DNA of 64,000 nucleotides from a virus. The notes under the pieces are model-generated. The model worked only from the letters and a program-made list of their open reading frames with translations. It ran no database searches and was not told the origin of the DNA. The position numbers and the translations under genes are program-made. The stretch covers positions 103,581-167,580 of IMG/VR virus record IMGVR_UViG_3300002231_001563, one strand, 5' to 3'. Every line of letters starts with the position of its first letter. The first letter of the stretch is position 1. This document shows positions 46,491-54,892 of this stretch, piece after piece.

Positions 46491-46821
46491 TGAAATAGAA
46501 AATATAGATGATATAACGGAAGAGGGCACTGATGACCTCAAGCCCAAGCCTCCTTCTAAATTGGCTCCAAGGGGCATCCAGACTTTCACCGTGTGTCGCC
46601 AACACGATGAGACTGGCGTTTCGGGTGAAGGCATCATCATTGAGGGTGTCGTTCTTGGGACTGGGCAGTGCATTATTCACTGGCTCTATCCGCCTCCACG
46701 CGGAGGTATAGCCATTTTCGACTCGATGACCGACTTTATTAAGGTCCACATAGAACCCCACCCAGCCAATAAAACCATTATTACTTATCAAGATGGGGAG
46801 CAAGAGTTGTATGGTGACTAA
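46483..46821 (+). CDS. hypothetical protein
   Basis: RQHDETGVSGEGIIIEGV motif recurrent in phage hypotheticals. Confidence 0.6.
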   Translation: MNDEIENIDDITEEGTDDLKPKPPSKLAPRGIQTFTVCRQHDETGVSGEGIIIEGVVLGTGQCIIHWLYPPPRGGIAIFDSMTDFIKVHIEPHPANKTIITYQDGEQELYGD

Positions 46822-46845
46822 TTATTGTAAAGCAGGAGAGATAAA

Positions 46846-47205
46846 ATGAAAATCGAACGCGCACGATTGATAGAAATTATTGCCGAAGAATTGCGAGAAG
46901 CCAATGATCGCGAGCAGGGCATCGCACCTGTTCCCCGAAGTATTAAAACGCCGCAGCAATATCAAGATTGGGTCCGTTCGGGAGAGGTACCCGACCCCGC
47001 CACCCAAACAGTGCCGGACAAAGCAAAAAAAGCCCCCTCACGCGCCGCTGACGCTGGCACGTTTAAGGATCTAGTTCAGATCATTGAAACTAGTTTTGGG
47101 AAGCTAGAGAGGCGCATTCGCGCCCTTGAGGAAGCTGTTGGTGTTGGTTCATCTGCCCCTGACGAACGTGCCTACGATACCGAATACGCGGATCTGGAGA
47201 AATAA
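46846..47205 (+). CDS. hypothetical late protein
   Basis: ACTAATTA upstream; MKIERARLIEIIAEELREA. Confidence 0.6.
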   Translation: MKIERARLIEIIAEELREANDREQGIAPVPRSIKTPQQYQDWVRSGEVPDPATQTVPDKAKKAPSRAADAGTFKDLVQIIETSFGKLERRIRALEEAVGVGSSAPDERAYDTEYADLEK

Positions 47206-47209
47206 TAAT

Positions 47210-48118
47210 ATGCTTGAAGAATGGGAAGAATATAAATCTATTTTAAATGAGGTCGAACCTTATCAAAAGTGGGCCAAAAAGCAAAACAGCAAGTTTAAAA
47301 AATGGGCAGCATCAGGACCCAAAAGGTATGCATCCCCTTATACTTCTGCTGCGCCGACCACAGCCACCAGCGGCCTGGGGCCTCTGGAGGAAGAAGCTTA
47401 CGTGCCCCAGATTAAAGACCACTTGAATTCCGACATATGGAGCAGCGACGGAGAGCTAAATCCCGAGATTTCTGAAAAATTGCTACAGATAGCTACTCAG
47501 TTTTATAATAAATTAGATTTACCGGCCGAAATCCTCAATATAACTCTGACGGGCTCGCTGGCAAATTATAATTGGACAAGTCATTCGGATATAGACTTGC
47601 ACATTCTCATTGATTATGCAGCCATAGATGAAAATATTGAGTTGGTGAGAAAATATCTCTCGGAAGTTAAGACAAATTGGAACCGGAGCCACGAAATTTA
47701 TATCAAAGGCCATGAAATAGAAATTTATGTGCAAAATATCAACGAACCCCACCATTCGACTGGGGTTTACTCCATTATGGATGGGGAGTGGATTCTGACA
47801 CCGAGCCCGCAGGAGTTTGAAGTGAGCGAGAGAGAGGTGGCCCAAAAGACCGAAGCTCTGCGCGCCACCATCGCGATGATCCAGAAGTTGGATAAAGAAG
47901 ATAAATTTGAAGAAGCATACGGAGATGCAGACAGACTCCGGCAGAAATTGAGTAATTACCGAAAGGGTGGATTGGAATCCGGCGGTGAATATTCAGTAGA
48001 AAATTTAGTTTTCAAAGCCCTCAGAAATGGTGGCGACCTGGAGATTTTGGCCGACTTAAAGCGTTCCGCTTATGATAAGATGATGTCAATCTCTGAACGG
48101 TCGAAGGTCACCCGATGA
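47210..48118 (+). CDS. Pol-beta-superfamily nucleotidyltransferase
   Basis: ITLTGSLANYNW...SDIDLHIL...HEIEIYVQ. Confidence 0.8.
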   Translation: MLEEWEEYKSILNEVEPYQKWAKKQNSKFKKWAASGPKRYASPYTSAAPTTATSGLGPLEEEAYVPQIKDHLNSDIWSSDGELNPEISEKLLQIATQFYNKLDLPAEILNITLTGSLANYNWTSHSDIDLHILIDYAAIDENIELVRKYLSEVKTNWNRSHEIYIKGHEIEIYVQNINEPHHSTGVYSIMDGEWILTPSPQEFEVSEREVAQKTEALRATIAMIQKLDKEDKFEEAYGDADRLRQKLSNYRKGGLESGGEYSVENLVFKALRNGGDLEILADLKRSAYDKMMSISERSKVTR

Positions 48119-48119
48119 C

Positions 48120-48416
48120 GTGTCTCCACCCCCTTACCAAGTAGGCGATATTATCAGATGGCACACTAATGAGCCGGGGGGCAAGTCTTATTATGGCCTT
48201 GTGTTAGAAAAAAGTCAGAATATTCGTTACGGAGAATACATATATCTTCATAATGTAGAAAGTGAAGATTTTTCCAATTTAGAATTAGCACCGGTGCCCC
48301 TCCATGCAGTGCGGGTGTATTCCTTCGGAGAGCAGCGCGTCATTTATTTGTATCAGAATCCCGAGGATGTACCTGTGTTTATAGAAAAAGTAGATTTTGT
48401 TCCAGAAAATGCTTGA
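48120..48416 (+). CDS. small beta-barrel family paralogue
   Basis: YQVGDIIRW...YGLVLEK...VRVYSF. Confidence 0.55.
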   Translation: MSPPPYQVGDIIRWHTNEPGGKSYYGLVLEKSQNIRYGEYIYLHNVESEDFSNLELAPVPLHAVRVYSFGEQRVIYLYQNPEDVPVFIEKVDFVPENA

Positions 48417-48441
48417 CAAATCAGGCGCGAGACACTATAAT
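48413..48441 (+). promoter_or_regulatory. sigma70 consensus promoter
   Basis: TTGACA-17-TATAAT. Confidence 0.8.
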
Positions 48442-48464
48442 ATAATATAAGCCCAGGATAACTT

Positions 48465-48860
48465 ATGTCAGAATTGAATTTTGAGCCTAGCGAATTAGAG
48501 ATTGAACATTGTCTGGAGATGTTGCTACCCAGGCTCCAACAGAAGGTCGATGAGTGGTATCACCGTCACTGTGCTACGCCCCAAGTCGTTGGCAAATCGT
48601 TTTTATCCGAGATTAAGCCTCCTCTCCTTCGCAAAGAGAAGGGGCGCATTTACTGGAAATTGATTTTAGAAAGTAGAACGGAGTTCGGCGGAAATTCAAG
48701 CACTGTCTACGGATTCATCCGGCGCGAGGATGGAGCTATCTTTAGGGCGGCAACGTGGCGTTCTCCCGAAACGCGCACCCAAACCGCTATTCGGGGATAT
48801 ATAACTGACGAGTATCCCGAAGATTATTTTACTAGCACTGGAGTTATTTATGCAAACTGA
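48465..48860 (+). CDS. hypothetical early protein
   Basis: YWKLI...SSTVYGFIRREDGAIFRAATWRSP. Confidence 0.6.
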   Translation: MSELNFEPSELEIEHCLEMLLPRLQQKVDEWYHRHCATPQVVGKSFLSEIKPPLLRKEKGRIYWKLILESRTEFGGNSSTVYGFIRREDGAIFRAATWRSPETRTQTAIRGYITDEYPEDYFTSTGVIYAN

Positions 48861-49008
48861 CACTCGTAAACTCATTATTGAACTGCTGAATGCCGAATTA
48901 AAGCGAGCAAATCGCCTAGCCACTTTACTTTATCATCGTGAAATAAAGGAAGCGAAGGATGATTTTGTGAGACACATCAAGGCACTCGACGCCAGGGGTG
49001 TCCAATGA
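48850..49008 (+). CDS. 52-aa hypothetical protein (not in ORF track)
   Basis: GGAG RBS; MQTDTRKLIIELLNAELKRANR...; ATGA overlap with next gene. Confidence 0.55.
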   Translation: MQTDTRKLIIELLNAELKRANRLATLLYHREIKEAKDDFVRHIKALDARGVQ

Positions 49009-49211
49009 GGCGAGGCATGGATAGGCTCGGGGAAGGAAATATGGTGTGGACTGTTATATATCGAGCCGCCAATGGTGACACTTGTTATGAGATTGTAACC
49101 GGCCCTCACGATATGGAAGAATTCCGTAGTCACGCTAAGAAAAGATACAAACGACTCATCGCCTCTATTAAGGGAAATAATGACGTTGTTACCGAAACTA
49201 TTTATCCTTGA
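49005..49211 (+). CDS. hypothetical early protein
   Basis: Translationally coupled ORF. Confidence 0.55.
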   Translation: MRRGMDRLGEGNMVWTVIYRAANGDTCYEIVTGPHDMEEFRSHAKKRYKRLIASIKGNNDVVTETIYP

Positions 49212-49262
49212 CATTTTTTTGACAATTTATTACTAGACAAAGCCTCGCCGAGGGTGTATAAT
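49208..49262 (+). promoter_or_regulatory. triple -35 early promoter, copy 1
   Basis: TTGACA(49208) TTGACA(49219) TAGACA(49234)-17-TATAAT. Confidence 0.85.
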
Positions 49263-49290
49263 GTATGTATACTTTAACCCGGAGTCCCAA

Positions 49291-49518
49291 ATGTCAAATC
49301 TAGTTGTTAATATATCCGAATTCATCTCGGTGGATGTCTCGCTATTGCGCGCCCAGCGCGATACTTTGGTAGATACACTCGATGCAATCGAGGGGTCCAA
49401 ACCAGATATGGTGGATGATTTCTTCGGACTCGAACGAGATACAGTCGTTGACAAATTGATTGGTATCGTCAATTTGCTCGATGGCTTGCTAGACGAGGCA
49501 GAAGGATTTACCCCTTAA
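49291..49518 (+). CDS. acidic hypothetical early protein
   Basis: First ORF after promoter copy 1; GGAG RBS. Confidence 0.6.
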   Translation: MSNLVVNISEFISVDVSLLRAQRDTLVDTLDAIEGSKPDMVDDFFGLERDTVVDKLIGIVNLLDGLLDEAEGFTP

Positions 49519-49554
49519 TTATTACCACCAATCATTTTACTATAGGAAGAACAA

Positions 49555-49809
49555 ATGCTCAAAACATGCAAACATTGTGATATTGAATTCAGTGTTCACT
49601 CGCGCCGCAAGCGTCAAGTGGGCGGCTACATTAACGAATGCCCGGATTGTGTCGAGGAACGCGGGGGCGACCAATCGGCCCCTAAGCACTTCGGTGTGAC
49701 AGGCTCTTTCGGGGAGGATGTGGCCGTCCTTCGGTTTGAGAATCAGCAATCCCGTGAGAAGTTTAAGAAAGAATATGGCGAGATTAAAACTTTAAAAGAT
49801 TACTTTTAG
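49555..49809 (+). CDS. small zinc-ribbon protein
   Basis: CKHC...CPDC. Confidence 0.6.
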   Translation: MLKTCKHCDIEFSVHSRRKRQVGGYINECPDCVEERGGDQSAPKHFGVTGSFGEDVAVLRFENQQSREKFKKEYGEIKTLKDYF

Positions 49810-49816
49810 GAGAAAC

Positions 49817-50053
49817 ATGGAAGCAATAGAATCATATCATTCATACCCATTACCCGACCCGTCTTTTCAGTGGCGGCACGAGGCTCAACTCTATGTGCTG
49901 GAAGCCGCCGACTCATCGTGGGTCCTATATTGCGACGGTATGTCGGTGCGCGATACTTTTGGGTATCCCATTCGATTCGAGACGAGTTGGGATGCTAAAC
50001 GCTATGCGAAGGAAGCGTTAGGTCATGACGAATTAGTCTTGACATTTACTTGA
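49817..50053 (+). CDS. hypothetical early protein
   Basis: GGAG RBS. Confidence 0.55.
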   Translation: MEAIESYHSYPLPDPSFQWRHEAQLYVLEAADSSWVLYCDGMSVRDTFGYPIRFETSWDAKRYAKEALGHDELVLTFT

Positions 50054-50093
50054 CAACTTTTCTCTTGACCAAACCCTCTCCATGGTGTATAAT
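50039..50093 (+). promoter_or_regulatory. triple -35 early promoter, copy 2
   Basis: TTGACA(50039) TTGACA(50050) TTGACC(50065)-17-TATAAT. Confidence 0.85.
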
Positions 50094-50121
50094 ATATCAT
50101 AACTTAAACAAAGGAGCTTAA

Positions 50122-50280
50122 ATGCTATTCGACCCCACCCTCAAAGACCTCTATTCTGAAACCTCTGAAGAACATTATGGAGATATGTACGGCTACGCCG
50201 ATGATTACGACGAATTAGATTTAGATGAAGAATGCCCTGACTGGGTGATGGAACAGATAGATGAAGAACTCCCATTTTAA
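50122..50280 (+). CDS. 52-aa hyper-acidic peptide ending DEELPF (not in ORF track)
   Basis: AAGGAG RBS; MLFDPTLKDLYSETSEEHYGDMYGYADDYDELDLDEECPDWVMEQIDEELPF; 19 D/E, 1 K. Confidence 0.75.
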   Translation: MLFDPTLKDLYSETSEEHYGDMYGYADDYDELDLDEECPDWVMEQIDEELPF

Positions 50281-50494
50281 CAAGGGCGACGAGGTAACTA
50301 TTACCTTCAATAAGAAAGCATCATCGCGCACAAAGGGGCGCATTCGGGAACACGGCCCCGAGTTTGTAGTTTTCCAGTCCATTCCAGGCTTTCGAGGGCC
50401 AGGGGCACTCCAAGACCGCCCCTGCGCCCTGGTCGGCTCTTTGTCTACGGGCTGGTCAGGCTGGCTACCCTTTGAGGAAATTGAGATAGCGTAA
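50261..50494 (+). CDS. small beta-barrel family paralogue
   Basis: FNKGDEVTI. Confidence 0.55.
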   Translation: MKNSHFNKGDEVTITFNKKASSRTKGRIREHGPEFVVFQSIPGFRGPGALQDRPCALVGSLSTGWSGWLPFEEIEIA

Positions 50495-50721
50495 TGTATG
50501 GGTGGACGCGGGGAATGAGCGCGGGAAATCTAGCTTCCCTTAGCGACTGGGACGGCGAGATTGAATTTGCTCGCTTTATAGTCCTCACTGGGAAAACAGA
50601 TGCCATCCAAACCCGCGTTCTCGCGTATTGCATTTATTCTACGGACGCACACAAAGTGGGCCGAGTCTATTCCCTTCAGACCTATCGATTGAGGATACTT
50701 TATGATATTGCAAAAGGGTGA
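50494..50721 (+). CDS. small beta-barrel family paralogue
   Basis: AGNLAS...ARFIVLT...VLAYCIY. Confidence 0.55.
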   Translation: MYGWTRGMSAGNLASLSDWDGEIEFARFIVLTGKTDAIQTRVLAYCIYSTDAHKVGRVYSLQTYRLRILYDIAKG

Positions 50722-50974
50722 CATTGTTTCTTACTGTATCCGCAGACGAGTCTGTGGAGAGGATGTAGACGACATTCGGAGCACCTACGTCGTCTTAGAC
50801 GTGGATAGGGTCTGTTCGGGAAAAGCCGAACTTTATTGTATTTATGACGAAACCTATTCGCTCGACCCCCGATTAAGTAAGTTTAGTTATGGCTCGATTG
50901 AGAATGGTTGGAATGCCGCCTCACAGGCGAGTTTGGAGAAGCATGGACAATCAGCTTATTGGAGAATAAATTGA
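50702..50974 (+). CDS. small beta-barrel family paralogue
   Basis: LQKGDIVSY...TYVVLD...ELYCIY...YWRIN. Confidence 0.6.
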   Translation: MILQKGDIVSYCIRRRVCGEDVDDIRSTYVVLDVDRVCSGKAELYCIYDETYSLDPRLSKFSYGSIENGWNAASQASLEKHGQSAYWRIN

Positions 50975-51180
50975 GCTTAAAAGCAGGAAATATGATGACA
51001 GTCCAGCGCGGAGGATTGGAAGGTTCGAAGGTCATTCTCCTGAATCCGGTGATGAGCACGGGTGACTTAAATCCCAAAAGTCAAAGGTGGTCGTGCTTTA
51101 TGTTCTTCTCAAGCTGTACCTTTTGGCGAGTAAACGATATCTGTGTAATACGAGGAATAGATTTACTTTCTTTCTCTTGA
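50971..51180 (+). CDS. small beta-barrel family paralogue
   Basis: TTG start after GGAG; LKAGNMMTV...VILLN...WSCFMF. Confidence 0.5.
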   Translation: MSLKAGNMMTVQRGGLEGSKVILLNPVMSTGDLNPKSQRWSCFMFFSSCTFWRVNDICVIRGIDLLSFS

Positions 51181-51231
51181 CATTCTCTTGACAATTTAGT
51201 TCTTGACGCATGATTAGTCGGAGTGTATAAT
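51177..51231 (+). promoter_or_regulatory. triple -35 early promoter, copy 3
   Basis: TTGACA(51177) TTGACA(51188) TTGACG(51203)-17-TATAAT. Confidence 0.85.
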
Positions 51232-51252
51232 GTAAATATCAATGGAGCGGTC

Positions 51253-51462
51253 TTGCCCAAATACAACTTAGGACAAATTGTTAAATATGAGCTAGAAAAA
51301 GATAGTTGGTATTTCATTATAACGGAGATATTGTCTCCCCCTAAACACAAAGCCGCCCCTTATTATCGGTGCTATTGCTTCAAGGCTCCTGATAACCATG
51401 TGCAGATAAGAGATTTGCACTGTAACATTCAAATGTCGGAGATACTTTTAGATGCAGTTTAA
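51253..51462 (+). CDS. small beta-barrel family paralogue
   Basis: TTG start after GGAG; YNLGQIVKY...YFIITE...YRCYCF. Confidence 0.55.
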   Translation: MPKYNLGQIVKYELEKDSWYFIITEILSPPKHKAAPYYRCYCFKAPDNHVQIRDLHCNIQMSEILLDAV

Positions 51463-51703
51463 AGCAGGGCAAGTCCTCGATGAGTTTGACAATGGGTCGA
51501 ACGAGTGGTTAGCAAGATACATTCTTCTCGAAGTGTGCCCAGACCGTTCAGTCCGAGCCCTATGTATGTATGATAAACTCAATCGTGATTATGTGGGGGA
51601 AACCGCCGAAATCAATATGAGTTGCATATTGAGGAGTAATACTTTCTTTTGGCGTATCGATGGAGAGCGCGTACCGAGTCGCAAGTGGAGCGAAGAACTA
51701 TGA
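51452..51703 (+). CDS. small beta-barrel family paralogue
   Basis: FKAGQVLDE...ARYILLE...RALCMY...FWRID. Confidence 0.6.
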   Translation: MQFKAGQVLDEFDNGSNEWLARYILLEVCPDRSVRALCMYDKLNRDYVGETAEINMSCILRSNTFFWRIDGERVPSRKWSEEL

Positions 51704-51915
51704 AGTTCAAGCTAAAGCCAGGAATGCTTGTGAAAAATCATGGTAATGGTGCCTTGTGTATTGTATTGAGTGTCGGTAAAAATGATTCAAATCTCTCCTA
51801 CAAGACACAAATGTACGTCTTACAATCTGACCTATTGGTTGATAAGAATAAGAAAATATATTGGATCAATTCCGTCATGGCTGACCAATTATTTGAGATA
51901 GTAAATGAAGGTTGA
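51700..51915 (+). CDS. small beta-barrel family paralogue
   Basis: LKPGMLVKN...CIVLS...QMYVLQ. Confidence 0.6.
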   Translation: MKFKLKPGMLVKNHGNGALCIVLSVGKNDSNLSYKTQMYVLQSDLLVDKNKKIYWINSVMADQLFEIVNEG

Positions 51916-52204
51916 AATAGGACAAATCATTGACCAGTACGCCGACTTCCCTGGAAAAGATTTATATTTGATGGCACGATATATTGTATTGGCCCACCAC
52001 CCTCCGTCGAATGACATGCCGGGGCATCTGGAATTATATACTTTAAAGGGGTACATTTGGGAAGTGGAGGACGACTCGGCCCCGTCTGGGTCGGCATTGG
52101 TAATGCAAACCCCTGGAGATATTGAGCTAATTAACTCTTATTGTATTGTTTCAAAGGAAGAAACTACAAATAACTTTTATTGGGAGATTGTAGATGGAAT
52201 TTGA
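51905..52204 (+). CDS. small beta-barrel family paralogue
   Basis: VEIGQIIDQ...ARYIVLA...ELYTLK...YWEIV. Confidence 0.6.
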   Translation: MKVEIGQIIDQYADFPGKDLYLMARYIVLAHHPPSNDMPGHLELYTLKGYIWEVEDDSAPSGSALVMQTPGDIELINSYCIVSKEETTNNFYWEIVDGI

Positions 52205-52463
52205 TAAATTTAGGAAAACAGTTTCACCCGGTGATATAATTGAGTGTATCGGAGGTACGGAGCACCTTTCTTATCATATTGTTGTCGATACCTATACTAC
52301 CGAATCAGGCTGCTACGCACTAGCTGCCCATACTTTGTATGCGCACCCTACTGAATACATGAAGCCGGGAGAATTGCACCACTTGTATCTCGAAGAATTC
52401 GAGGAGAGAAATGATGAGAACGCAGTAGGAATCTTATATAAGCATGGTAACATTTGTCATTAG
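52194..52463 (+). CDS. small beta-barrel family paralogue
   Basis: VSPGDIIEC...YHIVVD...AHTLY. Confidence 0.6.
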   Translation: MEFDKFRKTVSPGDIIECIGGTEHLSYHIVVDTYTTESGCYALAAHTLYAHPTEYMKPGELHHLYLEEFEERNDENAVGILYKHGNICH

Positions 52464-52761
52464 ACCCAAACCAGGGGAGTATATTGAGTGGGTAGAACGC
52501 GACGGGCACTTTAACGAGGTCATCGCCCGCTATTTGGTAATTGACCCCCACTGTCCAGTCACAGGTAGTCCACGTGGTCGCTCCCCGAGAAGAGACTTAA
52601 TAAGGGTATTTTGCCTCTTTCATGATTGGCCCCATGGCAGCATGCTGAATCATAAGGGGGGAAGAAACTGCTTTTTGCATGTAAGCGACCTTCATGACTA
52701 CGGGGAGGCAGTGCATAATAACTTCTCTCATTTCTGGAGAATCTCCGAAGAAGGCCGATAA
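52444..52761 (+). CDS. small beta-barrel family paralogue
   Basis: PKPGEYIEW...ARYLVID...RVFCLF...FWRIS. Confidence 0.6.
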   Translation: MVTFVIRPKPGEYIEWVERDGHFNEVIARYLVIDPHCPVTGSPRGRSPRRDLIRVFCLFHDWPHGSMLNHKGGRNCFLHVSDLHDYGEAVHNNFSHFWRISEEGR

Positions 52762-52768
52762 ATCACTC

Positions 52769-52823
52769 TTGACATTTTCTTGACAATTTAGTTCTTGACC
52801 GGACTCTCTCCAGGGTGTATAAT
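52769..52823 (+). promoter_or_regulatory. triple -35 early promoter, copy 4
   Basis: TTGACA(52769) TTGACA(52780) TTGACC(52795)-17-TATAAT. Confidence 0.85.
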
Positions 52824-52853
52824 GTATGTATAATTCACACAGGAGTCTATCAC

Positions 52854-53216
52854 ATGGGAATCAGAAGCGACGTTGCGCTGGGTATGAAAGTCGAATTTTA
52901 TCTTGCTTTGAGCGAAGAAAGCCGAAAAACCATTAACGAGTGGTTCGGCAGTCCCACCCAGAGGTCTGATAGGGGTATCCTCTTTTATGCCGAGAGTGTC
53001 AAGTGGTATAGTCATAGCTTCGATGATTTAATCGAACTCTACTCCGAAATTCATGAAGTGGCCGCCGAACAGTTTAATCAGGATGAGTGTGTGGTGTTAC
53101 TGGTAGCAAATCCAGAATACCCGGCCTCCACTGATGGTGATATCGAATTGTGGTATGAGAACCCGTGGGAGTTATATAAGAGCGTTAGCGTTTGTGTGGA
53201 GTTTAACACCGAATGA
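52854..53216 (+). CDS. acidic hypothetical early protein
   Basis: GGAGTCTATCAC-ATG leader; MGIRSDVALG. Confidence 0.65.
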   Translation: MGIRSDVALGMKVEFYLALSEESRKTINEWFGSPTQRSDRGILFYAESVKWYSHSFDDLIELYSEIHEVAAEQFNQDECVVLLVANPEYPASTDGDIELWYENPWELYKSVSVCVEFNTE

Positions 53217-53464
53217 AGTTCCCACATCAAATAGGAGAAATCATTTCAACTCCTGATTTAATCGGGGGAGTAACGGGAATATTAGTCGAAGTCGAGGAAT
53301 TAAAAGTTCGTGAAAAGCACTTGCATGAATTTCGCGGCGAGTTGTCGAATATCCGCACACATCGCATTAAATTGGCTATCCTACACACAGAGGATAATTC
53401 CTGGCAAGCGGGGGAAATAGCTGACTTTTGGCCGCCTTTAGGAGCATCGTGGAAGAAATTATAA
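53213..53464 (+). CDS. small beta-barrel family paralogue
   Basis: HQIGEIIST...GILVEV...KLAILH...SWKKL. Confidence 0.6.
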   Translation: MKFPHQIGEIISTPDLIGGVTGILVEVEELKVREKHLHEFRGELSNIRTHRIKLAILHTEDNSWQAGEIADFWPPLGASWKKL

Positions 53465-53826
53465 CTTCAGGCGATATACAAGTAGGTGATATTATTTCGG
53501 AGCGAGGTATAATATCGGAGCGTTGGAATCCAGAGTATAGAGATATGGGTGCGCACATGAATGAATTTACTCGCGTCGTGGTATTGTCTAAGACTAGAGT
53601 GGAAGATGAGCCTATGGTCTGCACAATGGCATCGCGTTTTTATTTCACCGTTGCTGTTCTGTACGCTATCCCCGAAATACGTGAGGTAATGAACAACGCC
53701 CACACTTATAAACTTTCGGACTATGAAATAGACCTAGAAGATTACAGCGATGAGGCAACTTATTGGTGCATAGAAACCGGCGAAGAAGCTCCAGTAACGC
53801 CGAGAGAGTGGGTAAGGCTAGGATGA
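53449..53826 (+). CDS. small beta-barrel family paralogue
   Basis: GTG after AGGAG; IQVGDIISE...VVVLS...TVAVLY...YWCIE. Confidence 0.6.
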   Translation: MEEIITSGDIQVGDIISERGIISERWNPEYRDMGAHMNEFTRVVVLSKTRVEDEPMVCTMASRFYFTVAVLYAIPEIREVMNNAHTYKLSDYEIDLEDYSDEATYWCIETGEEAPVTPREWVRLG

Positions 53827-54065
53827 AACTTGAAGATTTAGCAGTAGGTCGCCTCTATCGATGGCAATATGACTATCACGGCGCACCCGTCGGGCATTGG
53901 ATAATATTGGAGGAACTTCCTACCGACTCGCGCAGTGTGCATAGTAGGGAAGGCGCACCCCATCGAAGGTTCCGCTGGTTTTGCATGCACGGGTCGCCAC
54001 TAAATACCACTCTCATTTTTGATATGGCCGAAGATAAAGTTCAGAACCTCACTTTAATCTCTTGA
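53823..54065 (+). CDS. small beta-barrel family paralogue
   Basis: LAVGRLYRW...HWIILE...RWFCMH. Confidence 0.6.
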   Translation: MKLEDLAVGRLYRWQYDYHGAPVGHWIILEELPTDSRSVHSREGAPHRRFRWFCMHGSPLNTTLIFDMAEDKVQNLTLIS

Positions 54066-54116
54066 CATTTTCTTTACAACTTTTATCTTGACCACACCTT
54101 CTCCAAGGTGTATAAT
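54062..54116 (+). promoter_or_regulatory. triple -35 early promoter, copy 5
   Basis: TTGACA(54062) TTTACA(54073) TTGACC(54088)-17-TATAAT. Confidence 0.85.
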
Positions 54117-54146
54117 GTATATGTAATTCAGACAGGAGTCTATCAC

Positions 54147-54743
54147 ATGACCGAGCAAGCCAAACGCCTCGAAACTCTTCTCACCCGCACAGATATCACC
54201 CCTTCAGAGCGTTCTTTCGGGGAGTCCTTACGCGGGGGCATTAAGAAATACGGTCGCTTGACAAATAATCAGTGGAGCGCATTCCAAAGGATGGAAGCGC
54301 GATATGACCCCAAGGTGATTGCCCAGCGGCAGGCTTGGTATGATGCCTGGACCGAAGAGAAGGCTAAAAATATTAAGGTCGCCGCCGAATATTACCTTGC
54401 CAACCCGCCTTATTTTGGTGACCTTGCTCGCAAGATTATGGAAGATGATTCATATATCCCTTCCGAAAAGTCTTATCGAAAGATGGTAGAGAATAAATAT
54501 GTTCAAAAGGTACTGACTACCGTAAATTCTACCCCCGCTTTCGACGTGGGTGCTCTGGTTCAAGTGCGCAAGACTGCCAAAAAAGCCGCTTGGAACCTGC
54601 GGGACCGAGTAGCGATGGTTGTATCAAACACCGGACCCGTTCGCAGTTCCGCAAAAGGAGGTAGAACCTACACTATCCTTCCTTTTGGAGAGTCTCAAAC
54701 AGTCCAGATTGAGGAACGATACCTCAAGCGCAAGCGAGGGTAG
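54147..54743 (+). CDS. early protein, helical N-domain plus C-terminal KOW/SH3-like domain
   Basis: GGAGTCTATCAC-ATG leader; AFDVGALVQVR...AMVVS...YTILPFG. Confidence 0.65.
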   Translation: MTEQAKRLETLLTRTDITPSERSFGESLRGGIKKYGRLTNNQWSAFQRMEARYDPKVIAQRQAWYDAWTEEKAKNIKVAAEYYLANPPYFGDLARKIMEDDSYIPSEKSYRKMVENKYVQKVLTTVNSTPAFDVGALVQVRKTAKKAAWNLRDRVAMVVSNTGPVRSSAKGGRTYTILPFGESQTVQIEERYLKRKRG

Positions 54744-54892
54744 TGGAGGTTCCAAGTAGTATTTCGAGGTTAAAACCAGAATAGAACATTCCAGCCCGTT
54801 GCTGTATAGGGCTGGCTCCCGATTCTAAGGATTGAAAGTCCTGGCTGGCGAGCCCCAGCAGCCTTTCTATCTCCATTATCGCGGGGGGCGAC

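Noticed and set aside
54744-54892. tRNA, HDV-like/theta, twister or hammerhead ribozyme
   Set aside because: I could not find a cloverleaf with T-loop/CCA, nor the conserved catalytic cores; kept only as an unclassified structured-RNA candidate.
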